A stretch of DNA of 28,904 nucleotides from a virus (IMGVR_UViG_3300036940_000066:1-28904), one strand, 5' to 3'; shown: positions 1-7,618, counted from the stretch's first letter. Made by a program: numbers and translations. The notes: a model not told the origin generated them from the letters alone.

Positions 1-261
1 TTCATCCTCAGGAATATACTGTTTATCATAAGGTATTCTTTCACCTTTAGCTCTTTCTCTAGCCAGAACATCTAAGTCTGGTTTAGAATTAACATCAGAT
101 TTTATAGTAGCTTTTTTATCCTCTTTCATTTTTTCTTCATAATATTCTTTCATTTCATCAACTTCTTCTATAGCTATCTGTTCGTACGTATCTTTTATTA
201 GAACGTAAGTTATACCACTACCAGCGGCCGCTCCTAGAAGAAACCATAACAATCCTTTCAT
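1..261 (-). CDS. Hypothetical protein with N-terminal membrane anchor (partial, runs off the left edge)
   Basis: Not in the ORF track. ATG at 261 after a GAAAGGAG RBS, open to base 1: MKGLLWFLLGAAAGSGITYVLIKDTYEQIAIEEVDEMKEYYEEK... Confidence 0.85.
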   Translation of the reverse strand, partial: MKGLLWFLLGAAAGSGITYVLIKDTYEQIAIEEVDEMKEYYEEKMKEDKKATIKSDVNSKPDLDVLARERAKGERIPYDKQYIPEDE

Positions 262-263
262 AT

Positions 264-581
264 TTAACTCCTTTCAGGTATCTTTATATAAGGGTTAAGT
301 TTTTTATATTCTACCCTTCTCAAGAATAAACTTATAGGTTTCATACGTCTAACTTTAGATTCTCCGTAAATATAATATTCTTTTTCCTCACCGTCAACTG
401 ATATTTTAAATATAGTATTGTTTTCTATAGGCTCACTAACAGATACATTATCAATATATTTAAAAGTAGCATCTTCTTCTATAAATATATTATATAAGTA
501 ACCCCATGGTTGCGGTCTACCGTATGAACTATTCTTTATAAGATTTTTACGTTTTTCCATATTTTCATCTATCTTTGCCAT
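264..581 (-). CDS. Hypothetical protein
   Basis: 105 aa ORF, TTGAAAGGAG RBS just upstream, tightly packed with neighbours. Confidence 0.8.
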   Translation of the reverse strand: MAKIDENMEKRKNLIKNSSYGRPQPWGYLYNIFIEEDATFKYIDNVSVSEPIENNTIFKISVDGEEKEYYIYGESKVRRMKPISLFLRRVEYKKLNPYIKIPERS

Positions 582-602
582 TACATACTCCTTTCAAAAG
601 TT

Positions 603-749
603 TTAATGTTTAATAATATATCTTATCCTTGATATACCATTAAATACTAGTGCTACCCCAAACCCTAACCCGAATGCTGTGAATGCACTAACAAAAGGGT
701 CTACTAATTTAACATCAGGTTTTAGTTTTACTTCTTTTTTTTCGTCCAT
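603..749 (-). CDS. Small single-TM membrane protein (48 aa)
   Basis: Start moved to ATG 749 (MDEKKEVKL...) because GAAAGGAG lies at 756-763. Hydrophobic segment FVSAFTAFGLGFGVALVF. Confidence 0.75.
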   Translation of the reverse strand: MDEKKEVKLKPDVKLVDPFVSAFTAFGLGFGVALVFNGISRIRYIIKH

Positions 750-762
750 CTCTAACTCCTTT

Positions 763-1050
763 CTAAATATCATCTCTCCACGCCAAACCAAAATATTCAT
801 CAGTTAGCGAGGGAAAGAAGACTTCTACTATATCACCCTCAGAAGTCTCCATACAAACATAATCATTATCCGAATATTTAAGCATTTCAAATATCCAGAA
901 TGGGAAATATTCCCATGGTACGGTTATTGGTTGTCCGTTTGATGTATAAAATTTTTTCTCATTTGGATGATAGTATAAAGAAAGAATGTCATCATCCGTA
1001 ACCTCAGCGTATTCTTTAACATCTAAAGTTATTATTTTAGCATACATCAC
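763..1050 (-). CDS. Hypothetical acidic protein
   Basis: 95 aa ORF, GTG/ATG start after GAAAGGAG at 1057-1064. Confidence 0.8.
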   Translation of the reverse strand: MMYAKIITLDVKEYAEVTDDDILSLYYHPNEKKFYTSNGQPITVPWEYFPFWIFEMLKYSDNDYVCMETSEGDIVEVFFPSLTDEYFGLAWRDDI

Positions 1051-1146
1051 ACATTACTCCTTTCACATGAAAGTATAAAGGTCAGGATAATTAAGCATGT
1101 CCTGCTCTTTATACCCTGAACCGACAGCGTTAAAGCCATCTCTACT

Positions 1147-2106
1147 TCAAATTAAATCATAAACTACTCCATCTACATTGAAATCTAACAATATACCAGG
1201 AGTATCTTTCCAGGTGTTAATGAAGTCTCTTCTTCTTTCACCTATAGTATCATTATCAAACTCATCTAAATATCGGCCATCAAGAACATCAAACATTCCA
1301 AAATCTACAAAACCATCTCCTTCTCCATCTAAAACCCAACCTACAATCTGTCCTTCAGGTGTATGAGGAAATCCTAACATATCATATACTTCATTTAAAA
1401 ATAAGTGACCTCTAGCTTTTAGTTTTTGATCAGCAAAGGTTTGATGGCTTTGTAGGAACATTCTATTTTGTTCCATCCTATCTGACCAGTTAAAGTTACT
1501 CTCATCAAAATATCGCGCATAAGGTGAAATCTTAGAAGTATCTACTACTCCTACTTTTTTCTTAACTGTTTTTTTCTTACCATTCTTACCAGTTTCTGTA
1601 ACTTCTATCTCTTTCTGTTTAATTCCGTACTTAAACTCTCTATCTTTTTCTTCACCTAACTCATCAATAACTCTACCTCTATATTGGGAGAACCCTTTTT
1701 CCATAGTTTTATAAGCCATAGTTATAGCTACATTTCTTTTTTTCATGATATTATGGCTACCTAATATAGAACCTATACCTATAGTGCCTAATATGAAAGC
1801 CGGAGCATATAGTTTAGTTATTTCAAACCCTGTGTTTAAATATAGGAGAGAAAGGTCTTTACTATAATCGTGCTCGTTATAAGAATCATCAAAATCAAGA
1901 GCTGCTTTCATTTGATCTTTAGTCTTATCTCTTTTTTCTATTACATCTTCTAATTTTAAAGTAGCTCTACAAGCTACAACTGTTCCTGCAACTATACTCC
2001 CTATACCAACACCTATTAATATTTCAGGGGAATTCTTTTTAGTTACAAATTTCGCCTTATTAAATGTTGTTATAGCTGTCTTTTTAATAATATCAATTTT
2101 ATTCAT
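1147..2106 (-). CDS. Conserved phage protein, DUF6353-like, with two hydrophobic segments
   Basis: KKNSPEILIGVGIG, YAPAFILG...ILGSHNI.KKRN.A and LFLNEVYDMLG...GW motifs. Clear paralog of 4952..5731. Family name recalled, not searched. Confidence 0.75.
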   Translation of the reverse strand: MNKIDIIKKTAITTFNKAKFVTKKNSPEILIGVGIGSIVAGTVVACRATLKLEDVIEKRDKTKDQMKAALDFDDSYNEHDYSKDLSLLYLNTGFEITKLYAPAFILGTIGIGSILGSHNIMKKRNVAITMAYKTMEKGFSQYRGRVIDELGEEKDREFKYGIKQKEIEVTETGKNGKKKTVKKKVGVVDTSKISPYARYFDESNFNWSDRMEQNRMFLQSHQTFADQKLKARGHLFLNEVYDMLGFPHTPEGQIVGWVLDGEGDGFVDFGMFDVLDGRYLDEFDNDTIGERRRDFINTWKDTPGILLDFNVDGVVYDLI

Positions 2107-2326
2107 TTGTATCTCCTTTCACTAATTCATTTATTATATGTTTTCTTTCATCATTGTTCTTTGCTGATTTTAAAAGTCTAAAATTATCTTCAGCTTCTTC
2201 TCCATAGAAATGTTTTACATTTGTTATGACCCTCCTATCATTAACTTCTCCTATAGCTAATGAAGTTATAGATTCTTCATTAGTATCATCAAATCCTATT
2301 AAGATAACTTTATCGGGCGTTTTCAT
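2099..2326 (-). CDS. Hypothetical protein
   Basis: 75 aa ORF overlapping both neighbours (ATGA coupling with the upstream ORF). Confidence 0.8.
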   Translation of the reverse strand: MKTPDKVILIGFDDTNEESITSLAIGEVNDRRVITNVKHFYGEEAEDNFRLLKSAKNNDERKHIINELVKGDTNE

Positions 2327-2496
2327 TTTACTATACCTTTCAAATTTTTATATAAATGGCTAGCTTCAGGTCCTTTTAGTATATTTAACATGCTACCTGA
2401 GAAGTCATCGTTCAACTTAATAACCTTTAATGTTATGTCTTCTTTATTATAATATACTACCAGAACATCATCTGTCGGTTTTCTTTCTCCTGACAT
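2323..2496 (-). CDS. Hypothetical protein (57 aa), probable paralog of 2099..2326
   Basis: Not in the ORF track. GGAGGAGG RBS, then MSGERKPTDDVLVVYYNKEDITLKVIKLNDDFSGSMLNILKGPEASHLYKILKGIVK. The TGA overlaps the next ATG. Confidence 0.8.
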   Translation of the reverse strand: MSGERKPTDDVLVVYYNKEDITLKVIKLNDDFSGSMLNILKGPEASHLYKNLKGIVK

Positions 2497-2654
2497 TTTT
2501 CCTCCTCCATTTTTTTCAATAGTTTTCTTCTCTGTTCTATTATCTTATGATATACTGCTATTACCTGTTTATTATGCATTGCATTTACTTTTTTTCTCCA
2601 TTTATGACCTGGATAAGCTTCACTAATAATTTTTCGCATCTGATCAACTCTCAT
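2457..2654 (-). CDS. Small basic hypothetical protein
   Basis: Start moved to ATG 2654 (MRVDQMRKIISEAYPG.KW..KV..M...QVIAVY), right after the upstream stop. Confidence 0.75.
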   Translation of the reverse strand: MRVDQMRKIISEAYPGHKWRKKVNAMHNKQVIAVYHKIIEQRRKLLKKMEEEKCQEKENRQMMFW

Positions 2655-2655
2655 C

Positions 2656-2958
2656 CTAATCATCCTTCTTATTAGGTTTAAAGTTAGGTGCTTCTTTATA
2701 CTCTTCGAAGTTCTCATCAACATTATTTAGAAATAACATAGCCTCATCTAAGTCTTCAATCTTAAATGATTTACTACAACTTCTATATTGATTTTGTTTA
2801 TAATCAACAAACCATTCAACCTTTATATCTTTTAATAACTTTTCTATATAAGCATCAACATGCTTTTTAGCTTCTGCTTCTTTATTCGGAATGTCATCAG
2901 GAATATCAAACGTCTGTACCGACCCTTTATTCCATATAGCTACTTGTAGTTTTGCCAT
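2656..2958 (-). CDS. Hypothetical protein
   Basis: 100 aa ORF abutting the upstream stop codon. Confidence 0.75.
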   Translation of the reverse strand: MAKLQVAIWNKGSVQTFDIPDDIPNKEAEAKKHVDAYIEKLLKDIKVEWFVDYKQNQYRSCSKSFKIEDLDEAMLFLNNVDENFEEYKEAPNFKPNKKDD

Positions 2959-3573
2959 TTATATCACTCTCGCTTTCGGTAGTTTTATTCTATAACCTTC
3001 TCCTCTAACGTGTTGGATACTAGCCGTACTTAGATCTTCCCAACCATAGTTTCTATCTGCTGAATTACCTCGAAGTCCTACTATTTCATAGAAGTCACCT
3101 ACAGATATAATATCATATTCACTTATTACATCCAACATAGCTTGTAATGCATCTACAGCTTCACCTCTATGTTCAAAAAATATTTCATCATAACTATGCC
3201 AAGGAGCTCCAGTTCTGGCTGGTTTTACCCTACTTTTTCTTTTAGGTTCATCATAGTAACTATTATAGCTTACATAAGAACCTTTAGACCTTCTTCTACT
3301 TTTACTTGAAGGGGTCTTTTCTCCAAATAATAGAATATCAGAACCACCTGTTATTATTTCATGAAGGGTACTTTTAGCTTCAGGTATAACTACATCATAT
3401 ACAACATATGAAGCTACTGAACTTAAATCATCACTAAAGAAAGTTCCGATTAGTCGTTTACATAGTCCGGGTTTTTTGGTTTTAACCTTGCCTTGTGCGA
3501 CTTGCTTTACTTGTTTTTTCTTTGTTGTTTTTGAGTTACTTGGATAATCGTCCTTATTAATTATATTATCCAT
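2959..3573 (-). CDS. Conserved phage hypothetical protein (basic linker, C-terminal ISVGDFYEIVG...YGW domain)
   Basis: 204 aa ORF, TAATG coupling with the upstream gene. C-terminal domain is similar to that of 3573..4061. Confidence 0.85.
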   Translation of the reverse strand: MDNIINKDDYPSNSKTTKKKQVKQVAQGKVKTKKPGLCKRLIGTFFSDDLSSVASYVVYDVVIPEAKSTLHEIITGGSDILLFGEKTPSSKSRRRSKGSYVSYNSYYDEPKRKSRVKPARTGAPWHSYDEIFFEHRGEAVDALQAMLDVISEYDIISVGDFYEIVGLRGNSADRNYGWEDLSTASIQHVRGEGYRIKLPKARVI

Positions 3574-4061
3574 TATTTATCATCTCCTTCCAAGATTTTC
3601 ATTCTAGGTAATAATAGTAAATAATCATCTTTAGCTTTAATAACTTTAGACTTACATAGGTTAATCCATCCCACTTTTTCATCACCTGGTTTAGGCATAA
3701 AACCCATGAGAACTAATAAATTAGCTCTTGTAACTTCTTTTTCTGCTTCTAATATAGTCTTCATATCGTCTAAAATACTTTTAGCTTCTTCTTCGGTATC
3801 AAATAATACTTTTTCAAAGTTGTTTAAATCAGTCATTTCTTTTATATTTTTATATCCTTCTTCCGCTTGTTCTACAAGGTCTTCAGCATACTTAGAAGCT
3901 TTATCGCTAACTATACCTACTATACATATACCTCCTAAAACATATCCAATCTTAGATATCTTATTGGTATCTTTTGGTATAGCTGCGGATACGATATTAG
4001 TGACTATCGCACCAGCTCCCATACCAGCAACAAGACCTATAACACTTTTTAATATTTTCAT
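3573..4061 (-). CDS. Hypothetical protein with two N-terminal hydrophobic segments and a C-terminal ...GW domain
   Basis: Start moved to ATG 4061 (MKILKSVIGLVAGMGAGAIV), GGAAGGAG RBS at 4069-4076. Confidence 0.8.
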   Translation of the reverse strand: MKILKSVIGLVAGMGAGAIVTNIVSAAIPKDTNKISKIGYVLGGICIVGIVSDKASKYAEDLVEQAEEGYKNIKEMTDLNNFEKVLFDTEEEAKSILDDMKTILEAEKEVTRANLLVLMGFMPKPGDEKVGWINLCKSKVIKAKDDYLLLLPRMKILEGDDK

Positions 4062-4231
4062 TTTATTACTCCTTCCAATTTCAACATCTGTACTTCTCCA
4101 CATTTTTTACAAGTAAAATCGTGCTTAGTAGATACACCGAAAGAATCTACCATAATAGTACCTCGTATTGATATTTCATTAAGAAATCCACATTTCTTAC
4201 ATACACATTTAACTTTAGTTCTATTAATCAT
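4058..4231 (-). CDS. Small zinc-ribbon protein (57 aa)
   Basis: Not in the ORF track. GAAAGGAG RBS at 4240-4247, then MINRTKVKCVCKKCGFLNEISIRGTIMVDSFGVSTKHDFTCKKCGEVQMLKLEGVIK. Two CKKCG knuckles. ATGA overlap with the next gene. Confidence 0.85.
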   Translation of the reverse strand: MINRTKVKCVCKKCGFLNEISIRGTIMVDSFGVSTKHDFTCKKCGEVQMLKLEGVIK

Positions 4232-4245
4232 CTTTTAAACTCCTT

Positions 4246-4536
4246 TCATTTAGTAGTATCACCATTCCAGAATTTTTTAGTTGTATGATTTGGAACTATT
4301 TTTATAGTTCTTTCACACATCTCCATTTGTTTTTCTAATAAGAACTTATATTTCATTATTAATTCTTTATCTGTAGATCTACATTCTTCGATTGCCAAAA
4401 TATCAAAAGCTGAACAATTCAAATTATGTCCTATAGTTCCAAGACCTAATTCTAAATATACTCTTTTTAGTTTTAATAACATAGCTTCCTCTTTAGTTAG
4501 AAAAGGTTTATCCGGTTCTTTATAATATTTTTTCAT
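4246..4536 (-). CDS. Hypothetical protein, possibly with a helix-turn-helix
   Basis: Start moved to ATG 4536 after TTGAAAGGAG. LKLKRVYLELGLGTIGHNLNCSAFDILAIE loosely resembles an XRE/Cro HTH pattern. Confidence 0.65.
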   Translation of the reverse strand: MKKYYKEPDKPFLTKEEAMLLKLKRVYLELGLGTIGHNLNCSAFDILAIEECRSTDKELIMKYKFLLEKQMEMCERTIKIVPNHTTKKFWNGDTTK

Positions 4537-4556
4537 AAAATCTCCTTTCAATTTTG

Positions 4557-4590
4557 GAAAAGATAAAGTGCTATGTTTTACCATAACACT
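4557..4590 (-). terminator. Intrinsic terminator after 4603..4881
   Basis: Minus strand GTGTTATG-gtaaaa-CATAGCAC (one G-U pair) followed by TTTATCTTTT. Confidence 0.7.
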
Positions 4591-4602
4591 CATCTTAGAA
4601 AA

Positions 4603-4881
4603 TCACTTCTCTTCAGATTTAACTTCAGATTCAACTTCTTCAGTATCATCTTCGTAAAACGGACTATCGTTAAGTCCAGATTCTAGTTTATCATAATCAT
4701 TAACTTCTTCGAAGTCTGTGAATGCGTTTCTCTTTCCAGCTTGATAACCCGCTATCAAGAGACCAGCACCTACAGCACCTTTAATAAGTTTACTCTTATG
4801 CTTCACTGCAAAATCCTTAACTTTACCAAAAAATCCTTTTTCTTCAATAATTTCTACTGTTTCTTGTTTTTTCTCTTCCAT
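4603..4881 (-). CDS. Small protein with central hydrophobic helix and acidic tail (unit gene of motif R1)
   Basis: 92 aa, AGGAGG RBS, LIKGAVGAGLLIAGY segment. Confidence 0.85.
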   Translation of the reverse strand: MEEKKQETVEIIEEKGFFGKVKDFAVKHKSKLIKGAVGAGLLIAGYQAGKRNAFTDFEEVNDYDKLESGLNDSPFYEDDTEEVESEVKSEEK

Positions 4882-4910
4882 TTTAAATCCTCCTCAAGAT
4901 TTATTATTTT

Positions 4911-4939
4911 CTTCATTATATGAGTTGTATTTTCTGCGA
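4911..4939 (-). promoter_or_regulatory. Repeated promoter-like motif R1
   Basis: TCGCA GAAAAT AC AACTCA TATAAT GAAG. Confidence 0.8.
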
Positions 4940-4951
4940 TTCCAAAGGTTT

Positions 4952-5731
4952 CTATAATAAGTCCATGTAGTCGTATCTGGGGGGACGTTTAAAATCCACC
5001 ACCAGACATGGTTGTCCGTCCTTAGAAATCTGCGAGCTAAATTCAAAGGTTATTAAGGCATAATCATCTTGATCTACCTGCCAACCTATCTCATCTCCCA
5101 TTTTAGTACCGTCTAACCCCATGTGGTCATATACTTCATTTAAAGATACAAAGTCGTCTTGTAGTAATCTACGATTAACTATATTTTCTACTCTTCGTAT
5201 TTTTTCTATATCAGACTTAAAATATCTTCCTGAAGTAGCTTCATAACATAAAGTATCTCCGTTACCTGTTGATATAACTTGGTTATCATCTACTGGATTC
5301 TTCTCCATCCTATCAGCCGCTATTTCGTCTCTAATCTCACGCTCTTTTTTCTCCCCAAGCGTTTCTTTAACCTTATGTTTATATTCTTTAAGAGAAGCTT
5401 CAGTTAGAGAATATGCAGAAGCCAGTGCAGCATTTCTTTTAAGATTAATCGAATTAGCTCCAATAATACACCCAGTAGTCGCCGCACCCATAAGTATAGG
5501 TGGAATATAATAAGGATAAGCAATCTTAACTACCTCCATTCTAGTGAGAGCTCTATTTTTATTCTCTCGCTCCATTTCTAATACCTGTAAAGCTTTTGGT
5601 GTAGCTCTAACAGCCATCACTGTCGTACTTACAAGTCCTGCAACTCCTAAACCTGTTAATATAGTAGGAGAGTTCTTTTTAAAGACTTTTCCAAAAGTAC
5701 GAAAGGTTTGTTTAATTAACTCTTTTTTCAT
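4952..5731 (-). CDS. Conserved phage protein, DUF6353-like, paralog of 1147..2106
   Basis: KKNSPTILTGLGVAG, YIPPILMG...IIGANSI.LKRNAA and VSLNEVYDHMG...IGW motifs. TTGAAAGGAG RBS. Confidence 0.75.
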   Translation of the reverse strand: MKKELIKQTFRTFGKVFKKNSPTILTGLGVAGLVSTTVMAVRATPKALQVLEMERENKNRALTRMEVVKIAYPYYIPPILMGAATTGCIIGANSINLKRNAALASAYSLTEASLKEYKHKVKETLGEKKEREIRDEIAADRMEKNPVDDNQVISTGNGDTLCYEATSGRYFKSDIEKIRRVENIVNRRLLQDDFVSLNEVYDHMGLDGTKMGDEIGWQVDQDDYALITFEFSSQISKDGQPCLVVDFKRPPRYDYMDLL

Positions 5732-5746
5732 AAAGTCACTCCTTTC

Positions 5747-5779
5747 AAAAATTTAAGAGAACGCTTTTTATACGTCTCT
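5747..5779 (-). other. Imperfect hairpin directly downstream of motif R2
   Basis: Minus strand AGAGACG-tataaaaag-CGTTCTCT then TAAATTTTTG and the RBS. Confidence 0.45.
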
Positions 5780-5806
5780 CTATTATAGGCTCTGTTTATA
5801 ACGCGA
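5778..5806 (-). promoter_or_regulatory. Repeated promoter-like motif R2
   Basis: TCGCG TTATAA AC AGAGCC TATAAT AGAG. Confidence 0.75.
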
Positions 5807-5835
5807 AGAAAAAGAAAGAGTACCTTGTAGTACTC
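5807..5835 (-). terminator. Intrinsic terminator after 5845..5961
   Basis: GAGTAC-tacaag-GTACTC followed by TTTCTTTTTCT. Abuts motif R2. Confidence 0.8.
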
Positions 5836-5844
5836 ATTCAGTTT

Positions 5845-5961
5845 TTATAATAACAATATAGCTCCTACTAATACTATGAATGCAAACACCATTAAACATA
5901 GTGTCAACACTAAAGTAATAATATTATCCATAGCCTTATCTAAAAAACTCCAAAAGTTCAT
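5845..5961 (-). CDS. 38 aa single-TM microprotein (unit gene of motif R3)
   Basis: Not in the ORF track. AAGGAGGAG RBS, MNFWSFLDKAMDNIITLVLTLCLMVFAFIVLVGAILLL, flanked by motif R3 and a terminator. Confidence 0.8.
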   Translation of the reverse strand: MNFWSFLDKAMDNIITLVLTLCLMVFAFIVLVGAILLL

Positions 5962-5985
5962 ATTTACTCCTCCTTATTGTTTATT

Positions 5986-6014
5986 CTTCATTATAGGAGT
6001 AGTTATTCTTGCGA
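5986..6014 (-). promoter_or_regulatory. Repeated promoter-like motif R3
   Basis: TCGCA AGAATA AC TACTCC TATAAT GAAG, beginning immediately after the TAA of 6015..6452. Confidence 0.8.
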
Positions 6015-6452
6015 TTAGTCACGTTCTATTTGCATTTTAGTAATATCTTTCAAGTAATCTTCTAGTCCGTCCTTATATATTTTTTTAGGAACTATAAAAG
6101 CATGTAAACCATCATCAGGTCTGTCAAATTTAGACTTCTTATTTTCTTGTCTTATTATAGCTTTTAATAGTAATAAATATACCATATGGTCAGTTATCTT
6201 TTCATTCCATCTTTCTATGTCAAATTCTTCATCGCTATGACACATATCATATATAGAAACCGTATGTTTAGCCATCATACCCGCTAAGGCCGCTTCTGGT
6301 GAAGTCCCTTGCAATTCTGCAGCTACATTAAAGTTATGTAGCCTATCTTCTGTAGCATATTCTTTTTGTTTTTCTAGTAATGTCTCATAACAGACATCTA
6401 ATTGATTTTCTATTATACTAGTGAATTCTTCATTTGAAAGTTTTTTACTCAT
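6015..6452 (-). CDS. All-alpha protein resembling the DUF1599/Nmad1 (nucleotide-modification-associated) family
   Basis: K.KEYA.ED.LHNF ... MAKH ... EKITDHMVYLLLL pattern. Start moved to ATG 6452 (AGAGGAGG RBS, ATGA overlap). Family call from memory. Confidence 0.55.
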   Translation of the reverse strand: MSKKLSNEEFTSIIENQLDVCYETLLEKQKEYATEDRLHNFNVAAELQGTSPEAALAGMMAKHTVSIYDMCHSDEEFDIERWNEKITDHMVYLLLLKAIIRQENKKSKFDRPDDGLHAFIVPKKIYKDGLEDYLKDITKMQIERD

Positions 6453-6634
6453 GATACATCCTCCTCTTTCCATTCCATTATTACTTCATTATTAGCTCTT
6501 ATTGTAACTTTATATTTGTCATCGTTCTTGTCCATAATCCTTCGAGCTAATCTCAACCTGTCAACAAACTTCTTTTTTTTGATACTTTCTATTATAGCAT
6601 TTTGTTCTAAAATATAACTATACTTGTCACTCAT
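6449..6634 (-). CDS. Hypothetical protein
   Basis: 61 aa, AAGGAGGT RBS. Confidence 0.75.
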   Translation of the reverse strand: MSDKYSYILEQNAIIESIKKKKFVDRLRLARRIMDKNDDKYKVTIRANNEVIMEWKEEDVS

Positions 6635-6658
6635 GTATACCTCCTTATATATTTTTCA

Positions 6659-6686
6659 TAAAAATAGAGGTGTGTGACCCCTATTT
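6659..6686 (-). terminator. Intrinsic terminator after 6681..6863
   Basis: AAATAGGGGT-cacac-ACCTCTATTT then TT. The stop codon lies in the stem. Confidence 0.7.
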
Positions 6687-6863
6687 CGTTTTAGAAATAA
6701 AATCTTTAATATAGAACCATCCTAATACTGCCGATGCAGTAACAAACAATATCGCTGCTCCAGTATTCCCTACAGACATGTTCCTGGCTGCTGCGCCAAT
6801 AAACATCCCTACAAATAGAATATCTAATACAACTGATAGTACTCTCTTACTTAATCTTTTCAT
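6681..6863 (-). CDS. 60 aa two-TM membrane protein (unit gene of motif R4)
   Basis: Start moved to ATG 6863 (AGGAGG at 6871-6876). Segments VLSVVLDILFVGMFIGAAA and AAILFVTASAVLGWFYI. Confidence 0.8.
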   Translation of the reverse strand: MKRLSKRVLSVVLDILFVGMFIGAAARNMSVGNTGAAILFVTASAVLGWFYIKDFISKTK

Positions 6864-6893
6864 TATAAATCCTCCTATAAAATTTATTTTATT

Positions 6894-6922
6894 CTTCATT
6901 ATAGGGGTTGTAAAATATGCGA
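6894..6922 (-). promoter_or_regulatory. Repeated promoter-like motif R4
   Basis: TCGCA TATTTT AC AACCCC TATAAT GAAG. It also encodes the last codons and stop of 6899..7216. Confidence 0.8.
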
Positions 6923-7216
6923 TTCATCATTACTTAATGATTGTATTTTTCTTAAAGTTTCTTTTAACTCTTTAATGGTTAGATAACCTATAACATCGTC
7001 AGTTATCGGTGATTCATAATATAAATGTCCATACTTTAATACTGCTAATTCAAGACCATAACTACCACTATGTTGTATTATAGAAGCCCCATATCCATTA
7101 GGAAATGTAAACTCTATATGAAACCCACCCATCATTAATTCTTCTTTAGTTATAAACTCTTTAAATTCCTTAATTTTAGATATTTGTTCTTGTTTATAAA
7201 TAGATTCCAACTTCAT
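6899..7216 (-). CDS. Phage hypothetical protein (FPNGYGASII...ELAVL...ITDDVIGYL)
   Basis: 105 aa, TTGAAAGGAG RBS immediately after a terminator. Confidence 0.85.
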   Translation of the reverse strand: MKLESIYKQEQISKIKEFKEFITKEELMMGGFHIEFTFPNGYGASIIQHSGSYGLELAVLKYGHLYYESPITDDVIGYLTIKELKETLRKIQSLSNDESHILQPL

Positions 7217-7235
7217 TTCAAACTCCTTTCAATTT

Positions 7236-7260
7236 AAAAAAGAAAGAGGTTTGCACCTCT
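7236..7260 (-). terminator. Intrinsic terminator after 7271..7567
   Basis: AGAGGT-GCAA-ACCTCT (GNRA loop) followed by TTCTTTTTT. Confidence 0.85.
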
Positions 7261-7270
7261 CGCTTAAAGA

Positions 7271-7567
7271 TTACTTATAACTCATAACATAAACATCATA
7301 ACTGAAATCTTCATTAACTTTTAAATTAATCTGTCTCTTAAATATAGAATGTCTTCCATATAGCTCAGAATAATAATCCACTAATGTCTGCAACATCTTT
7401 AATCCTTCCTCTTTACAATCTCCCGTTTCTACTCTAGTCAACCATAAAGGTGAATGATCATTAAGTTCATCCATAGCTAGTTTATAAATCTGATCACTAG
7501 TACGTTCCATCCATTCACGTTCTAAAAAACCTAATCCTTTAACTTTATTCATTTTTCCGTAATTCAT
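7271..7567 (-). CDS. Hypothetical soluble protein (unit gene of motif R5)
   Basis: 98 aa, AAGGAG RBS, between motif R5 and a terminator. Confidence 0.85.
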   Translation of the reverse strand: MNYGKMNKVKGLGFLEREWMERTSDQIYKLAMDELNDHSPLWLTRVETGDCKEEGLKMLQTLVDYYSELYGRHSIFKRQINLKVNEDFSYDVYVMSYK

Positions 7568-7589
7568 TATTACATTCTCCTTATATATT

Positions 7590-7618
7590 CTTCATTATAG
7601 GAAGTGTAATTATTGCGA
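7590..7618 (-). promoter_or_regulatory. Repeated promoter-like motif R5
   Basis: TCGCA ATAATT AC ACTTCC TATAAT GAAG. Confidence 0.8.

Noticed and set aside
6864-6899. ATG inside TATAATGAAG as the start of 6681..6899
   Set aside because: It overlaps the -10 element and has no RBS. AGGAGG at 6871-6876 supports ATG 6863.
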